Source: Okamejei kenojei
Lineage: Eukaryota
Length of the DNA: 64,000 nucleotides
Assembly: GCA_035221665.1 (NCBI GenBank)
Contig: CM069131.1
Location: forward strand, 9,486,001-9,550,000
Direction of reading: 5' to 3'
Both the position numbers and the translations under genes were made by a program. Position 1 is the first letter of the stretch. Each line of letters starts with the position of its first letter. Below the pieces are notes generated by a model. That model was not told the DNA's origin and did not search any database. It was given only the letters and a program-made list of their open reading frames with translations. Positions 11,337 to 22,941 of the stretch are shown piece after piece.

Positions 11337-13860
11337 TAGGTGAATTTTGCTAGTTCTTTTATTGCCCACCTTTGTGCCTGCCCTTTGACTCCTACTTCCC
11401 TCAGGAGCCTTGCGGTGGAACTGGCTACAAAGCCCCTGCGCCCCACCTCCACTGGACACAACCTTACCCTCCAACCTCTCTCCTCTGCCTCTGCTGCAGG
11501 GTTTGAATATCAAAGCTTTTACCTTTCATAAGCCTCGTCAACAGCCTCCTCCCATGGGACCGTCAGCTCAATGATGAAAACACGGCGACAGGAGTTGGAC
11601 CAGAGAACAAGGTCTGGTCGCAGGTTGGTAACTGCGATTTCAACTGGGAACGAAAGCCTCTGGCCTAGGTCAACACACATTTCCCAGTCCCTGTCTGCGT
11701 CTAGTGGGCATGAGTTGAGAGGCGAGGGGTTAGTCCTCCGTTTCTCTCCTTCCCGGATGAAGGATGGTATTTGCGGGAATGTTATCTGGGCATTGCTAGG
11801 CATGGCGTTAGTGGTAACTCTCTTGCACTCGAGTTCAGCTGCCAAACACCTCAGCACCTGGTTGTGTCGCCAGGTGTATCTGCCTTGTGTTAGGCTGGTC
11901 TTACAAACGACCAGGATGTGCTTGAGGTTTGCTGGAACTGCACACAGGGGACAGGCTGGATCCTCTCCCAGCCAAAGATTTAGGTTTGTGGGAGAGGAAA
12001 GGATGTCATATGTAGCTCTGATAATGAAGCTCAACTTATTTGACTCCATGGTCTACAGCTCTCTCCATGTGATCTTCCTCCTCTCAACGCCATCCCACCT
12101 CATCCAGCGGCCTTGTTTGGCTTGGGATGTGGCTTTGGCACACCTGGCTGCTCCTTCATGGTGACGCACCTCCTCCACCACCAGGTGCCGACGTTCAGCT
12201 GGAGTAGCCTTTTGCCAGGTAGGTTTCATTGCTCCCAGGCCAAAGCCCCCTCGGCCTTGTTGGACATGGCCCACTATGTCCCGGTGTTGGAGGGCGGATT
12301 TTGTGTCCAGTACCACTGCTGCTGGAATCCATTTCCTACCTGTTGCTAGGGTCGGAGCGACACCTCTTATTATTGGGTCCCGGGATTCGGTTAGTGTCAT
12401 GTCCAGCCTCACTTTGGCACATTTGTACTCCTCCGCCAGGCTTGAGACCGGCAGTGAGAGGGCTCCATTCCCATAGAGCCCTATGCTGCTGAGGCATCTC
12501 GGTAGCCCAAGCCACTTCCTCACTTGTGAGTTCACCAGTCTCTCCAGCTGGTTGACATGGGATAAAGTGACCTCGTAGATGGTAATTGGCCACATGAGTC
12601 GGGGCAGTAGACTGAATTGCAGGCACCAAAGCTTCAGCTTCCCTGGGAGAGCAGTATTGTTGATTTGCTTGAGGCCGCTGATTGTATCCTGCCCGAGTTG
12701 TTCCACCTGCTCTGCATCCTTGAGGTATGCGGTGTACCATCGCCCGAGGCTTTTGACAGGCTTCTCCAGGACAGTTGGTATTGTCTTGTTATTGATGCGG
12801 AACCTTTCATCAGTGAGCCAGCCTTTGACAATGGAAATACTTCAGGGTTTGCTGGGTTTAATCTCCATTCGTGCCCATTTGATGTTTTCCTGGAGTTTAT
12901 CCAGCAGGCGTTTGGTGCATGCTTCTGTTGTGGTTATTGTGGTCATGTCATCCATGTACGCCCTGATTGGAGGAAGACGCAGCCCACTCTTCAAGCGTTC
13001 CCCTCCGACCACCCATCGCGATGCTCGAATGATGAGCTCCATTGCCATAGTGAAAACCAGAGGAGAAATGGTACAGCCTGCCATTATGCCTACCTCAAGG
13101 TGCTGCCAGGCGGTGGTGTTGTCCTGTGTTGTGACGCAGAACTGGAGGTGCTGGAAGTAAGCTTTTACCAGCTTTGTGATGACCTCTGGGACCTGGAAGA
13201 AATTAAAAGCTGCCCAAAGGCATTGGCAAGATCTAAGAAAACCACATGCAGATCTCTCTTTTCCTTCTTGGCAGTTTGTATCTGGTGCCAGATGACGTTT
13301 GTATGTTCCAGACATCCTGAGAAACCACGCACTCCTGCTTTCTGCACTGACGTGTCAATTAAGTTGTTGCTCTGCAAAAATGCTGAGAGTCTTTGGGCCA
13401 GAACACCAAAGAAGATCTTTCCTTCAACGTTCAGAAGGCTGATCTGGTGGAATTGGCTAATGGTTGAGGAGTTATTTTATTTTGGAATTAAGATCCCTCC
13501 TGCCCTTCGCCATGCCTTAGGTATGATTCCTTTCCCCCATGCCACTTTCATTAACTTCCAAAGGTATTTCAGAGTCAGGGGTGTTTTTTTAGAGCCTGTA
13601 TGGAATGCCATTGGCCCTGGGGCTGATGCTGTTCTTGCCCATTTGACTGTGCTCTCCACCTCCTTCCATGTAGGAGGCCTTGTGTTCATCTGGTGCTCAG
13701 GTGGGTGGATAGGTGGCATGTCATCTGGAATGGTGACTGGCTCATGCCTCAGGTTGTCAGAGTACTTCTTCCTCAGGTGGTCCTCCAGTTCCCTTACAGG
13801 TACTCTGAAGACCCCGCTCTTCTCCTTGACAAAGAGGCTTTTGACAAACTTATACGGATG
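11337..13860 (-). mobile_element. Decayed Hero-like (R2 superfamily) non-LTR retrotransposon: RT + CCHC zinc knuckle + restriction-like endonuclease
   Basis: Frameshifted ORF pieces: LDLANAFG, GIMAGCTISP, YMDD (RT); CPLC..HILVVC, RYTWRHNQVL, RPDLVLWS, IIELTVPWEE (RLE). Confidence 0.85.
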
Positions 13861-14110
13861 AGGGAGAGGTGGGAAAGGGGAGGAGAGAGCAAGGGTTAAC
13901 AGAATTGAGAAAATTCAATGTTCAAGCCCAGAGGATGCAGACTCCCCAAGCCGAATATGAGGTGCTGTTCCTCCAGCTTGCGGTGTTGCTCACTACGTGG
14001 GGAGTTGAAGTGCTGAGCCACCGGGAGGTCGGGTTGGTTAATGCGGACCGAGCGGAGGTGTTCGGCGAAACGATCGCCAAGCCTCCGCTTGGTCTCACCG
14101 ATACAGATCA
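13860..14110 (-). mobile_element. Penelope-like element fragment (GIY-YIG endonuclease C-terminus)
   Basis: IGETKRRLGDRFAEH..LEEQHLIF..GLNIEF. Confidence 0.88.
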
Positions 14111-15064
14111 TATATATAGTTCCTTTTCAAAAGGCAACGGACCAGCTGGGAAATTATTGGCCAATGTGCATTATTACATCAGGTACATTATTTCATTGTA
14201 CTGCTGCTGGCAAATTCATTTCACTTGCAATTTATGTGCAAGTGACGAATAAAACTGACATTGATACTGATGTTGATTGGGGAAAGAAAATTATTGGAGA
14301 AGATTCTTTGGGCCAGATTTTCTCAAAATTGGAAACGTATGGAAATATTAGGATAGTCAGTTGAAGCATGACCTGATGGATGTATATACAATTATGAGAG
14401 ACATAGATTGGGTTGATTGAGTCTTCACCTAGGATGGAAGAATCAAATATTAGCGGGCGTAGATTTGAGATGAGAAGGAGGAAGTTTAAAGGCGATTTGC
14501 AAGGCACATTTTTTAACACAGAGAGCGGTAGGTGCCCAAAACATGCTGTCAGTTGAGGTGAGAGAAGCAGACATGATAATCAGGTTTAAGTGGCATTCAG
14601 ATGGACCATGAACAGGCAAGGAATAAGGGGAGTGTGTGGGAAGTGCAGATGCTGGTTTACATCAAAGTTAGACATTTGAGCATTTTGTGCCTATCATGAA
14701 CAAGGGGGTAAGGATGGTAAGGGAGTAAGCCTCTGTGGCGGTGGGGTCCCGGTGGCAACAGGAGGCTCAGTGGCAGTGGGGCTTCACGATTGACCTGCGA
14801 TCAGCAGCTGACGAGCATGAGGGGGCGAGGGGTAGACAATGGAGACCCGGCGTTGGGGGACCGCGGTAAGGGACGGTGGGAGAATAAAGGGGGACCCGGT
14901 GTGGGGGAGGGGGGGGAATACTCTAGTTTAGAATCATCTGCCCAGGAAATAAGTCTGTGTTTGTTTGTTCGTTCGTTCGTTCCGGTGAAGGCACTGTGCC
15001 CACGGAAGCCAGACAACAGTCGCTTCTCTTTTTCTTTTTTTCACTTTTAAATTTAATTTTAATT

Positions 15065-15530
15065 TCAAGACTTCAAGTCAAGTCACTTTTATTTCTATAG
15101 CACATTTAAAAAACAACTCTCGTTGACCAAACTTTTGCATTGGTGGAGGTACTAACATTATACAACATTGGTTCATAGATTAAGTACGTACATAAATACA
15201 TACATATAGCCCTCCCTCAGAGGACGTCAAGAAAGGCTTGAGAGTAAAGATGAGTTTTAAATCTCGACTTAAAGGAGTCGATGGAGGGGGCAGTTCTGAT
15301 GGGAAGAGGGACGCCGTTCCACAGTCTAGGAGCTGCAACATCAAAGGCGCGGTCGCCCCTGAGCTTATGCCTAGAGCGCGGGATGTTCAGTAACCCCTAG
15401 TCGGCCGATCTGAGGGACCCGGAGGTGGTGTGGTGGGTAAGCAGACCCTTTGATGTAGGTGGGGGCAAGCCCGTTAAGGGCTTTGTAGACATAAAGAAGG
15501 ATCTCGAAATTTATTCGGAACCGCACAGGG
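15065..15530 (-). mobile_element. L2-clade LINE 3' fragment
   Basis: PVRFRINFEILLYVYKALNGLAPTYI, typical L2 C-terminal region; AATAAA-like signal plus short-repeat tail near 15065-15095. Confidence 0.7.
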
Positions 15531-15788
15531 TAGCATTCGTGTACCTTGTTGTGTGTTGTGACTGTCGGCAGACCAATTTCCCTCCGGGGACGCATAAAGT
15601 TCTATCATATCGTATCGTATCATGTGCAGCCAGATAGCATTAGTTTAATTTAGCATCACGGATAGAACAGACATGGTGGGCCGAAGATCCTTTTCTTGAG
15701 GCTCCACTATTCTACAACGATGTGGGAAAGATGGGTCCTGGACTTGCTACACAAAAACATGTAAATTATTTTCCTTCCCATGTGATAG

Positions 15789-15984
15789 ATTGAGAGGCAT
15801 GACAATTGTGCCTATGACTATCTTGAAGTTCGGAATGGCAATAATGAAAACAGTCCACTGATCGGGCGGTTTTGTGGCTACGAAAAACCGGAAGACATCA
15901 AATCTACTTCCAATTCCCTCTGGATGAAGTTTGTTTCCGATGGAACGATTAACAAGGCTGGATTTGCTGCAAACTTTTTTAAAG
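15789..15984 (+). CDS. TLL1: Tolloid-like exon, CUB2 second half ([65 protein letters not shown])
   Basis: tag| at 15786-15788, GTACAA donor at 15985; 196 nt, phase 0->1; translated by hand (absent from the ORF track). Confidence 0.94.
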
Positions 15985-16234
15985 GTACAAATATCCCAAA
16001 TCCTGTGTGCTGTTTGAGCCCGATGTATTGCCTGAAATAGAGGAAACTATTCTGAAACCACTCGAGCACCTTAAGAGGCAATGAAGTACTTGTGATGAGT
16101 AGTCATTATTGTAATGGAAGAAACGCAGCTGTTAATTTGTGCATAGCAATCTCCCATTTAGGGTAATATTAAAATGAACAAACTGTAAAAACAGAGGATA
16201 AATATTGGCCTGGTGCCATTGTCAGAGTGAGGCC

Positions 16235-16605
16235 ACATACAAATTGGAGGAACAGCACCTCTTATTTCGCTTGGGCAGCTTACAACCTGGTGGTGTGAAT
16301 CCTGATTTCTCTAATTTCAAATAACCCTTGCATCCCTCCCCCCACCATAGTTGTCCTGCCAGTCTGACTGTTTGTATCCCCTCATTATCACCTCCTGCAC
16401 AGCCAACAATAGACCATTGTGGGCTATTTGACCATCGGTGTCAGCTCTGATCTGTTCTGTACCTCTTGTTTCCCTCTCGCTTGACTCTCAGTCTGAAGAA
16501 GGCCCCCCCCCCCCCCCCCCCCCCCGACCCAAAACGTCACCTCTTCCTTTCCTCCAGAGGTGCTGCCTGACCCGCTGGGTTACTCCAGCATTTTGTGTCT
16601 ATCCA
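16235..16605 (+). mobile_element. Penelope-like 3' end; hammerhead motif disrupted by a poly-C run
   Basis: AAATTGGAGGAACAGCACCTC..; CTGAAGAAGG(C)n GACCCAAAACGTC; conserved tail. Confidence 0.8.
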
Positions 16606-17344
16606 GGGTGATGATACTGCCTTGCTTGACCTTCAGTCTGCACTGGGATTGGGTTGTTGATAGACCTCTTTGGTTAGAATCGTAGCTTTCACAAAGTGCA
16701 CACAAGCTTGTCTACTGAGTAAATCATAATCGCACTTTGCTAAAGATATCTATAATGAACTTGGGAATTAAAGAAGTAATATCTTGGAGTCATGTGTAAG
16801 AAGAAAAAAAATAGGTTCCTTTATTTTTTTCTAAGTTATTTGAAATGTCATTTTCCATAATATAAATTTATATTGCAACAGATGCGTTTAGCAAAGTTCC
16901 ACTTTACCTTCAGCAAATTCTAAACATTCCAAAAGCTGATTTTTCTTTCCATGATAACAAGTCTGCTCAAAGTTACTGTTTATATCCGGTTGACTTACTA
17001 TTTTTTATACAGTTTGCAACTGTCACCAAATTTTCAGCATTGAGAACTAACGACTTAATTTCATAAATGTGAAAATATATAATCCCAAGCAGGTGGATAG
17101 ATTAATGCAAAAACAGTAATTAATATGTGGCTTTCAATGAGAAGGTGACATAATATATGTGAAGAGCACAAGTAACAAAATAAGTGCCACACGGCTCATT
17201 AAGCCCGTTCTACCATTCAAAATGACCATGGCTAATTGATCCAAAACCTCAACTGTTCTTTTGTGCCAGGTGAACAAAGGCCTCAATACCACAATCTTTC
17301 AAACAATTATCCCCCTTCATTTAATATATTGCCAGTGATCTAGC

Positions 17345-17712
17345 AGCAAATTGGAGGAACAGCATCTCATATTTCGCTTGGGCAGCTTACAACCCAGAGG
17401 TATGAGCTTGATTTCTCTAACTTCAAGTAACCCCTGCACTCCTTCTCTCTCCATCCCTCCCCCACCCAAGTCACACATGGTTCCCATTCTCACCTAGCTA
17501 ACAGCTAACGACGGCCTGTTTCCTTTACCATTGTTACTTTTTTTGCATATCTATCATTAATTTGTTCTATATCTCTCTACATCACTGTCTATATCTCTCA
17601 TTTCCCTTTCCCCGACTAGTCTGAAGAAGGATCTCGACCCGAACCATCTCCCATTCCTTCTCTCCAATTTCTATCTTCAGTTTAAACCAGCATCAGCAGT
17701 TCCTTCCTGCAC
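17345..17712 (+). mobile_element. Penelope-like 3' end with degenerate hammerhead motif
   Basis: KLEEQHLIFRLG remnant; CTGAAGAAGGATCTCGACCCGAACC. Confidence 0.8.
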
Positions 17713-17894
17713 AATAAATATTTGGATATTGACAGGATCAAAATACATAGGAATCAAAAAGAAGGGAGTATTGAGATGTAAGATTGACCACTGTCTGACT
17801 GAATAGTCCAGGAGGCTTAGATGTCAGTTCCCACTTTTATGTGAATGATTGTGATCTAAATTACCAATAAGTGTCGTGTTTAATTTAGTTTAGT

Positions 17895-18885
17895 TTTAAT
17901 AATTGGATAGCAAATTGGCTTCATGGAAGGAAGCAGAGGGTAATGGTGCTTCTCAAACTGGAGGCCAGTGACAAGTGGTGTGCTTCAGGGTTCGGGGCTG
18001 GGCCTGTTACTGTTTGTCATCTACATCAATGATTTGGATGAGCACATACAGGGCAAGTTTGCTGATGATACAAAAGTGGGTGGTTTTGCAGATAGATGGT
18101 TGTGAAGGATTGCAGCAGGATCTGGATCGATTGGCCAGGTGGGTTGAGGAATGGTTGATGGAATTTAATATAGAGAAGTGTGAAGTGTTGCATTTTGCGA
18201 TGTCTAACAAGGGCAGGACCTACATAGTGAATTGTAAGCCTCTGGGTAGTGTTGTAGAGCAGAGGGATCTAGGAGTGCAGGTGCATGGTTTCTTGAAGGT
18301 CGAGTCACAGATGGATAATGTGGTCAAAATGGTTTTAGGCACATTGGCCTTCATCAATCAGAGTATAGAGTATAGAAGTTGGGAGGTCATGTTGCAATTG
18401 TATTGTACGTTGGTGAGACCACATTTAAAATATTGTGTTCAGTTCTGGGCAACATGTTATGGGAAAGATATTGTCAAGCTTGAAAGGGTTCAGAGATTTA
18501 CGAGACTGGGTCTGTATTCCTTGGAGCGCAGGAGGATGAGGGGTGATCATATAGAGGTGTATAAAATTCATGAGAGGAATTGATCGGGTAGATGCACCGA
18601 GTCGCTTGCCCAGAGCAGTAGAATCGAGGACCAGAGGTCATAGTTTCAAGGTGAAGGGAAAAAGATTTAATAGGAATCTGAGGGATAACCTTTTCACACA
18701 AAGGGTGGTGGGTGTATGGCACAAGCTGCCAGATGAGGTAGTTGAGGTTGGCACTATCCCAACATTTGAGAAACAGACAGGTACACGGATAGGACAGGTT
18801 TGGAGGGGTATGAACCAAGCGCAGGCAGGTGGGACTAGTGTAGCTGGGACAGTGTGGGCAAGTTTCCACACTGTATCACTTCATG
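17895..18885 (+). mobile_element. CR1-type LINE RT 3' fragment (frameshifted)
   Basis: FADDTK, LQQDLDRL, KCEVLH, LVRPHLKYCVQFW, RTRGHSFK. Confidence 0.9.
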
Positions 18886-18914
18886 ACAAGCTTTTCTCGA
18901 TACCGTCTTAATTC

Positions 18915-19185
18915 TCCATCCCTCCCCCACCCACGTTGGACCAGCTTCTCGTTCTCGCCTAACAAACAGCTAACAATGGCCTGTTTCCTTTACCATCGTT
19001 ACTATTTTGCACATCTTTCATTCATTTGTTCTATATCTCTCTACATCAGTGTCTGTATCTCTCGTTTCCCTTTCCCCTGACTCTCAGTCTGAGGAAGGGT
19101 CTTGACCCGAAATGTCACCCATTCCTTCTGTCCAGAGATGCTGCCTGTCTCGCTGAGTTACTCCAGCATTTTGTGTCCGTCTTCT
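18915..19185 (+). mobile_element. Penelope-like 3' UTR with hammerhead-like motif
   Basis: CTGAGGAAGGGTCTTGACCCGAAATGTC at ~19089-19116 plus conserved tail. Confidence 0.75.
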
Positions 19186-19654
19186 GAATACTGCACAACT
19201 CCCTCCTCTGGCAGCTTGTTCCATTTTACCAACTACCCGCCACTGTGTAAATGTTGCCTCTCTGGTTCCGATTAAATCTTATTTCTCTCCCCTTAGACCT
19301 ACAGTATGTCCTCTGGTTCTTGAGGTAATGCCACAAAATGCTAATTAGTTCTGATAAGATATGCCTTAAATTTTCATCCAAAAATCACAGCTAATAGATT
19401 TTGTAGCCTTGAGCACCATATTACCGTCATCCACGTGTATCTTTTTTTTCTCCAAAAATAGACTTTATTCAAAATAAAAACCATATAAACAAAAATTGTG
19501 CATAAACACTTCATAAATTGTCAGGGTCTATATTCAACGAAAGATCTTAGATCATACTCAGTAGTATTTTAACTAGCCAAACACATTGACACAAACACCT
19601 TTAACTAGCCTAAGACCTAAACAAAACACCTTTGCCCAACACCTTCACACAGTA

Positions 19655-19904
19655 GGTTACACAAAAAGCTGGAGAAACTCAGCGTGCAGCAGCATCTAAG
19701 GAGTGAAGGAGATAGGCGACGTTTCGGGTCGAGACCCTTCTTCATTTTGGCATATAATGCATAAGGGTCGTAGAAGAATCTGAAGAAGGGTCTCGACCCG
19801 AAACGTCGCCTATCTCCTTCGCTCCTTAGATGCTGCTGAACCCGCTGAGTTTCTCCAGCTTTTTGTGTAACCCTCGATTCTCCAGCAACTGCAGTTCCTT
19901 CTTT
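19655..19904. mobile_element. Fold-back Penelope-derived mini-element (two inverted hammerhead-bearing tails)
   Basis: ~90-bp inverted arms around a ~35-bp spacer; direct repeat AACACCTTCACACAGTA at 19638-19654 and 19905-19921. Confidence 0.85.
19780..19807 (+). ncRNA. Minimal type I hammerhead ribozyme motif
   Basis: CUGAAGA-A-[GGGU CUCG ACCC]-GAAAC-GUC: intact catalytic core, 4-bp stem II, palindromic ACGU stem III; activity untested. Confidence 0.7.
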
Positions 19905-20689
19905 AACACCTTCACACAGTATATGGAATGAGCTGCCAACTATATGGAAAGTAGTTGAGGCAAATACCACCACAAAAATTAAAAGACATTTGGATAGGAA
20001 CCTGGACAGGGAAGGTTTAGAGGGATATGGGCTAAATGCGGGCAGGTGGGACTAGTGTGGATGGGGCTGCTTGGCTGGCATGGGTAAGTTGGGCTGAAGG
20101 GCCAGTTACTGTGCTGTATTACTCTATGACTCCAAAACACCCATACCACTCATGTGATTTATCTTATGCATCATATGCCAAATAGTGATGTTGAACAGTG
20201 TTGACCGTGCAAAGCAAAATTAGTGTGCTCTGGTGAGGATTGTGGTATGCAGGCACAGTTAAACAATTGTTTGGGCCAAGAATGTAGGAACCGGTCTTGA
20301 TTAGAACCCAGTGCCTGCCTGACCTACTAACAGTGTGAAGCAGAACCATGAAACTTTACAGATGGTTACATTATTTATTTGGATTGGGAAGCGTCGGTTA
20401 CGATCCTCAGCAAGGGACCCAGCTGCGCCCCGCTGCATCAGTTTAGCCATGTTCCTGTCCACATGTTTGACCACATCACCAACTCATCATTCAATAAATT
20501 TGCCTGAACATGGCCTCTCCACAGGAAGCGACACTTAACACCTCACCGCCTGCTGTGAGTGATATTTCTCGCTTAACTAGAAATACAATGCACAAAATTA
20601 TACTGAAGCGCATGGATTTACGATTCCTTCGTCCGCTGTGTTTCGTACAATGTGGGGTTTGATGCAGCAAAGAATTTCTCAATCAGCTT

Positions 20690-20962
20690 AGTTTAGTTTA
20701 GTTTAGTTTAGAGATAGAGTTTAGGAAACAGGCCCTTCGGCCCACCGAGTGCTCGCCGCCCAGCGATCCCCACGCACATTAACACTATCCTCCACACACG
20801 AGGGGCAAATTATACTTATATACCAAGCCAATTAACCTACATACGGCACCTGTATGTCTTTGGAGTGTGGGAGGAAACAGAAGATCGCGGAGAAAACCCA
20901 CGCGGTCACGAGGAGAACGTACAAAATCCATACAGACAGCGCCCGTAGTCAGGATCGAACCC
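20690..20962 (-). mobile_element. V-SINE (5' truncated)
   Basis: (TTTAG)n tail and V-domain on the minus strand. Confidence 0.85.
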
Positions 20963-21907
20963 TTTGTGCTCCCTGGACCCTGCCTGACCCGCTGCATTAC
21001 TCCAGCACTTTGTGTTTTACTCAAGATTATAGCATCTTCAGTTGCTTGGGCCTCCACGAAGATCTCGTTCCCCAAGTCATTAGGAAATGTCATTAAAGCT
21101 ATGGTTTCCTTTCTGAAACACTAGAATTTGTTACTTTAAATTCTTTGGTGACATAAAAGCACCAGAATCAAGAATAAGAGCATTACATTTGCATCCAATC
21201 TCCTACTGAACTTTGGAAGTTCATCAGGAAGTTTTACTAAAACTCCATGTTAAATCCAAGGTGGCATTTTAACTCTTAAGATCAGGTGGGATGGGAGCAG
21301 TGGAAAAGGATTTTGTTTTTATTACCCAGGGTGAGCTTTGAAGGATCGGTAGTTCAGCAGATGTCATGGTGCAGGATCCATGAATTAAATATCTTTGGAG
21401 CTTTGGAGACACGGGATACTGCAGGTACTGGGATCTTGAGCTAAAAACAAAGAGTTCTGGTGGAAATTAAGCTGTTCAGCAGACTTGATGGGCCGATGGG
21501 CTTGATTCTGCTCACAAAACTTATAAACTTACGAACTTATGGAATGTCGAGCCAGGGAGAGAAATAGTAGATAGAACAGGGGCAGGAAAATAATGAGGCT
21601 GGGAAGTAGGAAGGGGTGGGTGATGAGGGGGATGGTGAAGGAGGAGGAAGGCAAAGTGACGGGGTAACAGACACAGGATGGAGCAAAGGGAAACGTATAT
21701 GCGAGAAGCTGGGTAGATGGTCAGCACAGGGCGTGATTTACTAGAAATGTGGAGAATGCAATGGTCTTACGTTGGGTTGTAGGCTATCCAAGGGGACATG
21801 AGGTGCTGATCTTCCACTTTGTATTGGACAAGGACATACAGGTCAGTATGGGAATGGGAATGGAAAAAGTCTGGCAACTAGGAGATCCAGCCGGCACTGG
21901 CACTGGG

Positions 21908-22215
21908 CGGCACGGTGGCGCAGCGGTAGAGTCGCTGTCTTACAGCTCTTGCAGTGCAGGAGACCCGGGTTCGATCCCGACTACGGGTGCTTGTCTGCAC
22001 AGAGTTTGTACGTTCTGCCCGCGACTACATGGGTTTTCTCCGAGATCTTCGGTTTCCTCCCACACTCCAACGGCGTACAGGTTTGTAGGTTATTTGGCTT
22101 GGTATAAGTGTAAATTGTCCCTAGTATGTGTAGGGTAGCGTTAATGTGTGGGGATCGCTGGTTGGAGGGCCGAAGGGCCTGTTTCCAGGATGTATCACTA
22201 AACTAAACTAAACCA
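21908..22215 (+). mobile_element. V-SINE, full length
   Basis: GGCACGGTGGCGCAGCGGTAG head, GGGTTCGATCCC B-box, V-domain, (CTAAA)n tail. Confidence 0.9.
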
Positions 22216-22667
22216 AATGCTGCCTGGCGCTGAGTTACTCCAGTGTCTTTGTTTTGTTCCTTGCTTCTACAAGATCCGACTGCTGGTGGGATCATGTTGA
22301 AGCTAGCCAAAAAATGGAAAATTGTGTGTATGGGGATTAATTGGATAGTACTTTTAAAGACCGGACATACAAAAAATTGGTTGAATTGTTTCCTTTTGTA
22401 CTGTGTGATTTAGTGACTGCATAATCGGATACAGGGACATGTATTATGCTCCTTCAGCGTTTGCACCAACCTTGTATCAGTGTTAACTGCAAGAAGGAAC
22501 TGCCGGTGCTGGTGGTCTTGTCACCTTGACAGCCAGTGCAAGATTGATTATTGGCTGAATATTGAACTGGTGTTGCTCAGTAAATGTAACAGTTGAACTC
22601 GCCTAATCCAGAAGCAACAGCCAAAGAGTTAAGTGACTCACAAATCATTTTTATTTCATCTCTGCAG

Positions 22668-22793
22668 AGGAGGACGAGTGTGCCAGACACGACCATGGAG
22701 GCTGTGAGCAACAATGTGTGAACACTTTGGGTAGTTACAAGTGTACCTGTGATCCAGGATATGAACTTGCAGCAGACAAGAAAAATTGTGAAG
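22668..22793 (+). CDS. TLL1: Tolloid-like exon, calcium-binding EGF1 ([42 protein letters not shown])
   Basis: tctgcag| acceptor, GTAAAT donor; 126 nt, phase 1->1; six cysteines and the DEC / CxNTxGSYxC cbEGF signature. Confidence 0.94.
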
Positions 22794-22941
22794 GTAAATA
22801 TTGTACATTAACTTACATGAGGATATTGCCTCGATGCTGCACATAGTGTTTGTTCTGCTACTCTCTGGTTAAACTCTTTAGCCGCCTGCTAATGGCTCGC
22901 CAATGTTTGTCCCCATTGCAGCACTGGTGGAAGTAGTGCCT

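Noticed and set aside
12617-13861. 414-aa + strand ORF, the longest in the track
   Set aside because: Antisense shadow of the Hero-like RT region; no recognisable motifs, while the opposite strand carries clear RT motifs
21908-21985. tRNA-like A/B boxes here and at other SINE heads
   Set aside because: SINE heads followed by V-domain and LINE tail; no complete cloverleaf
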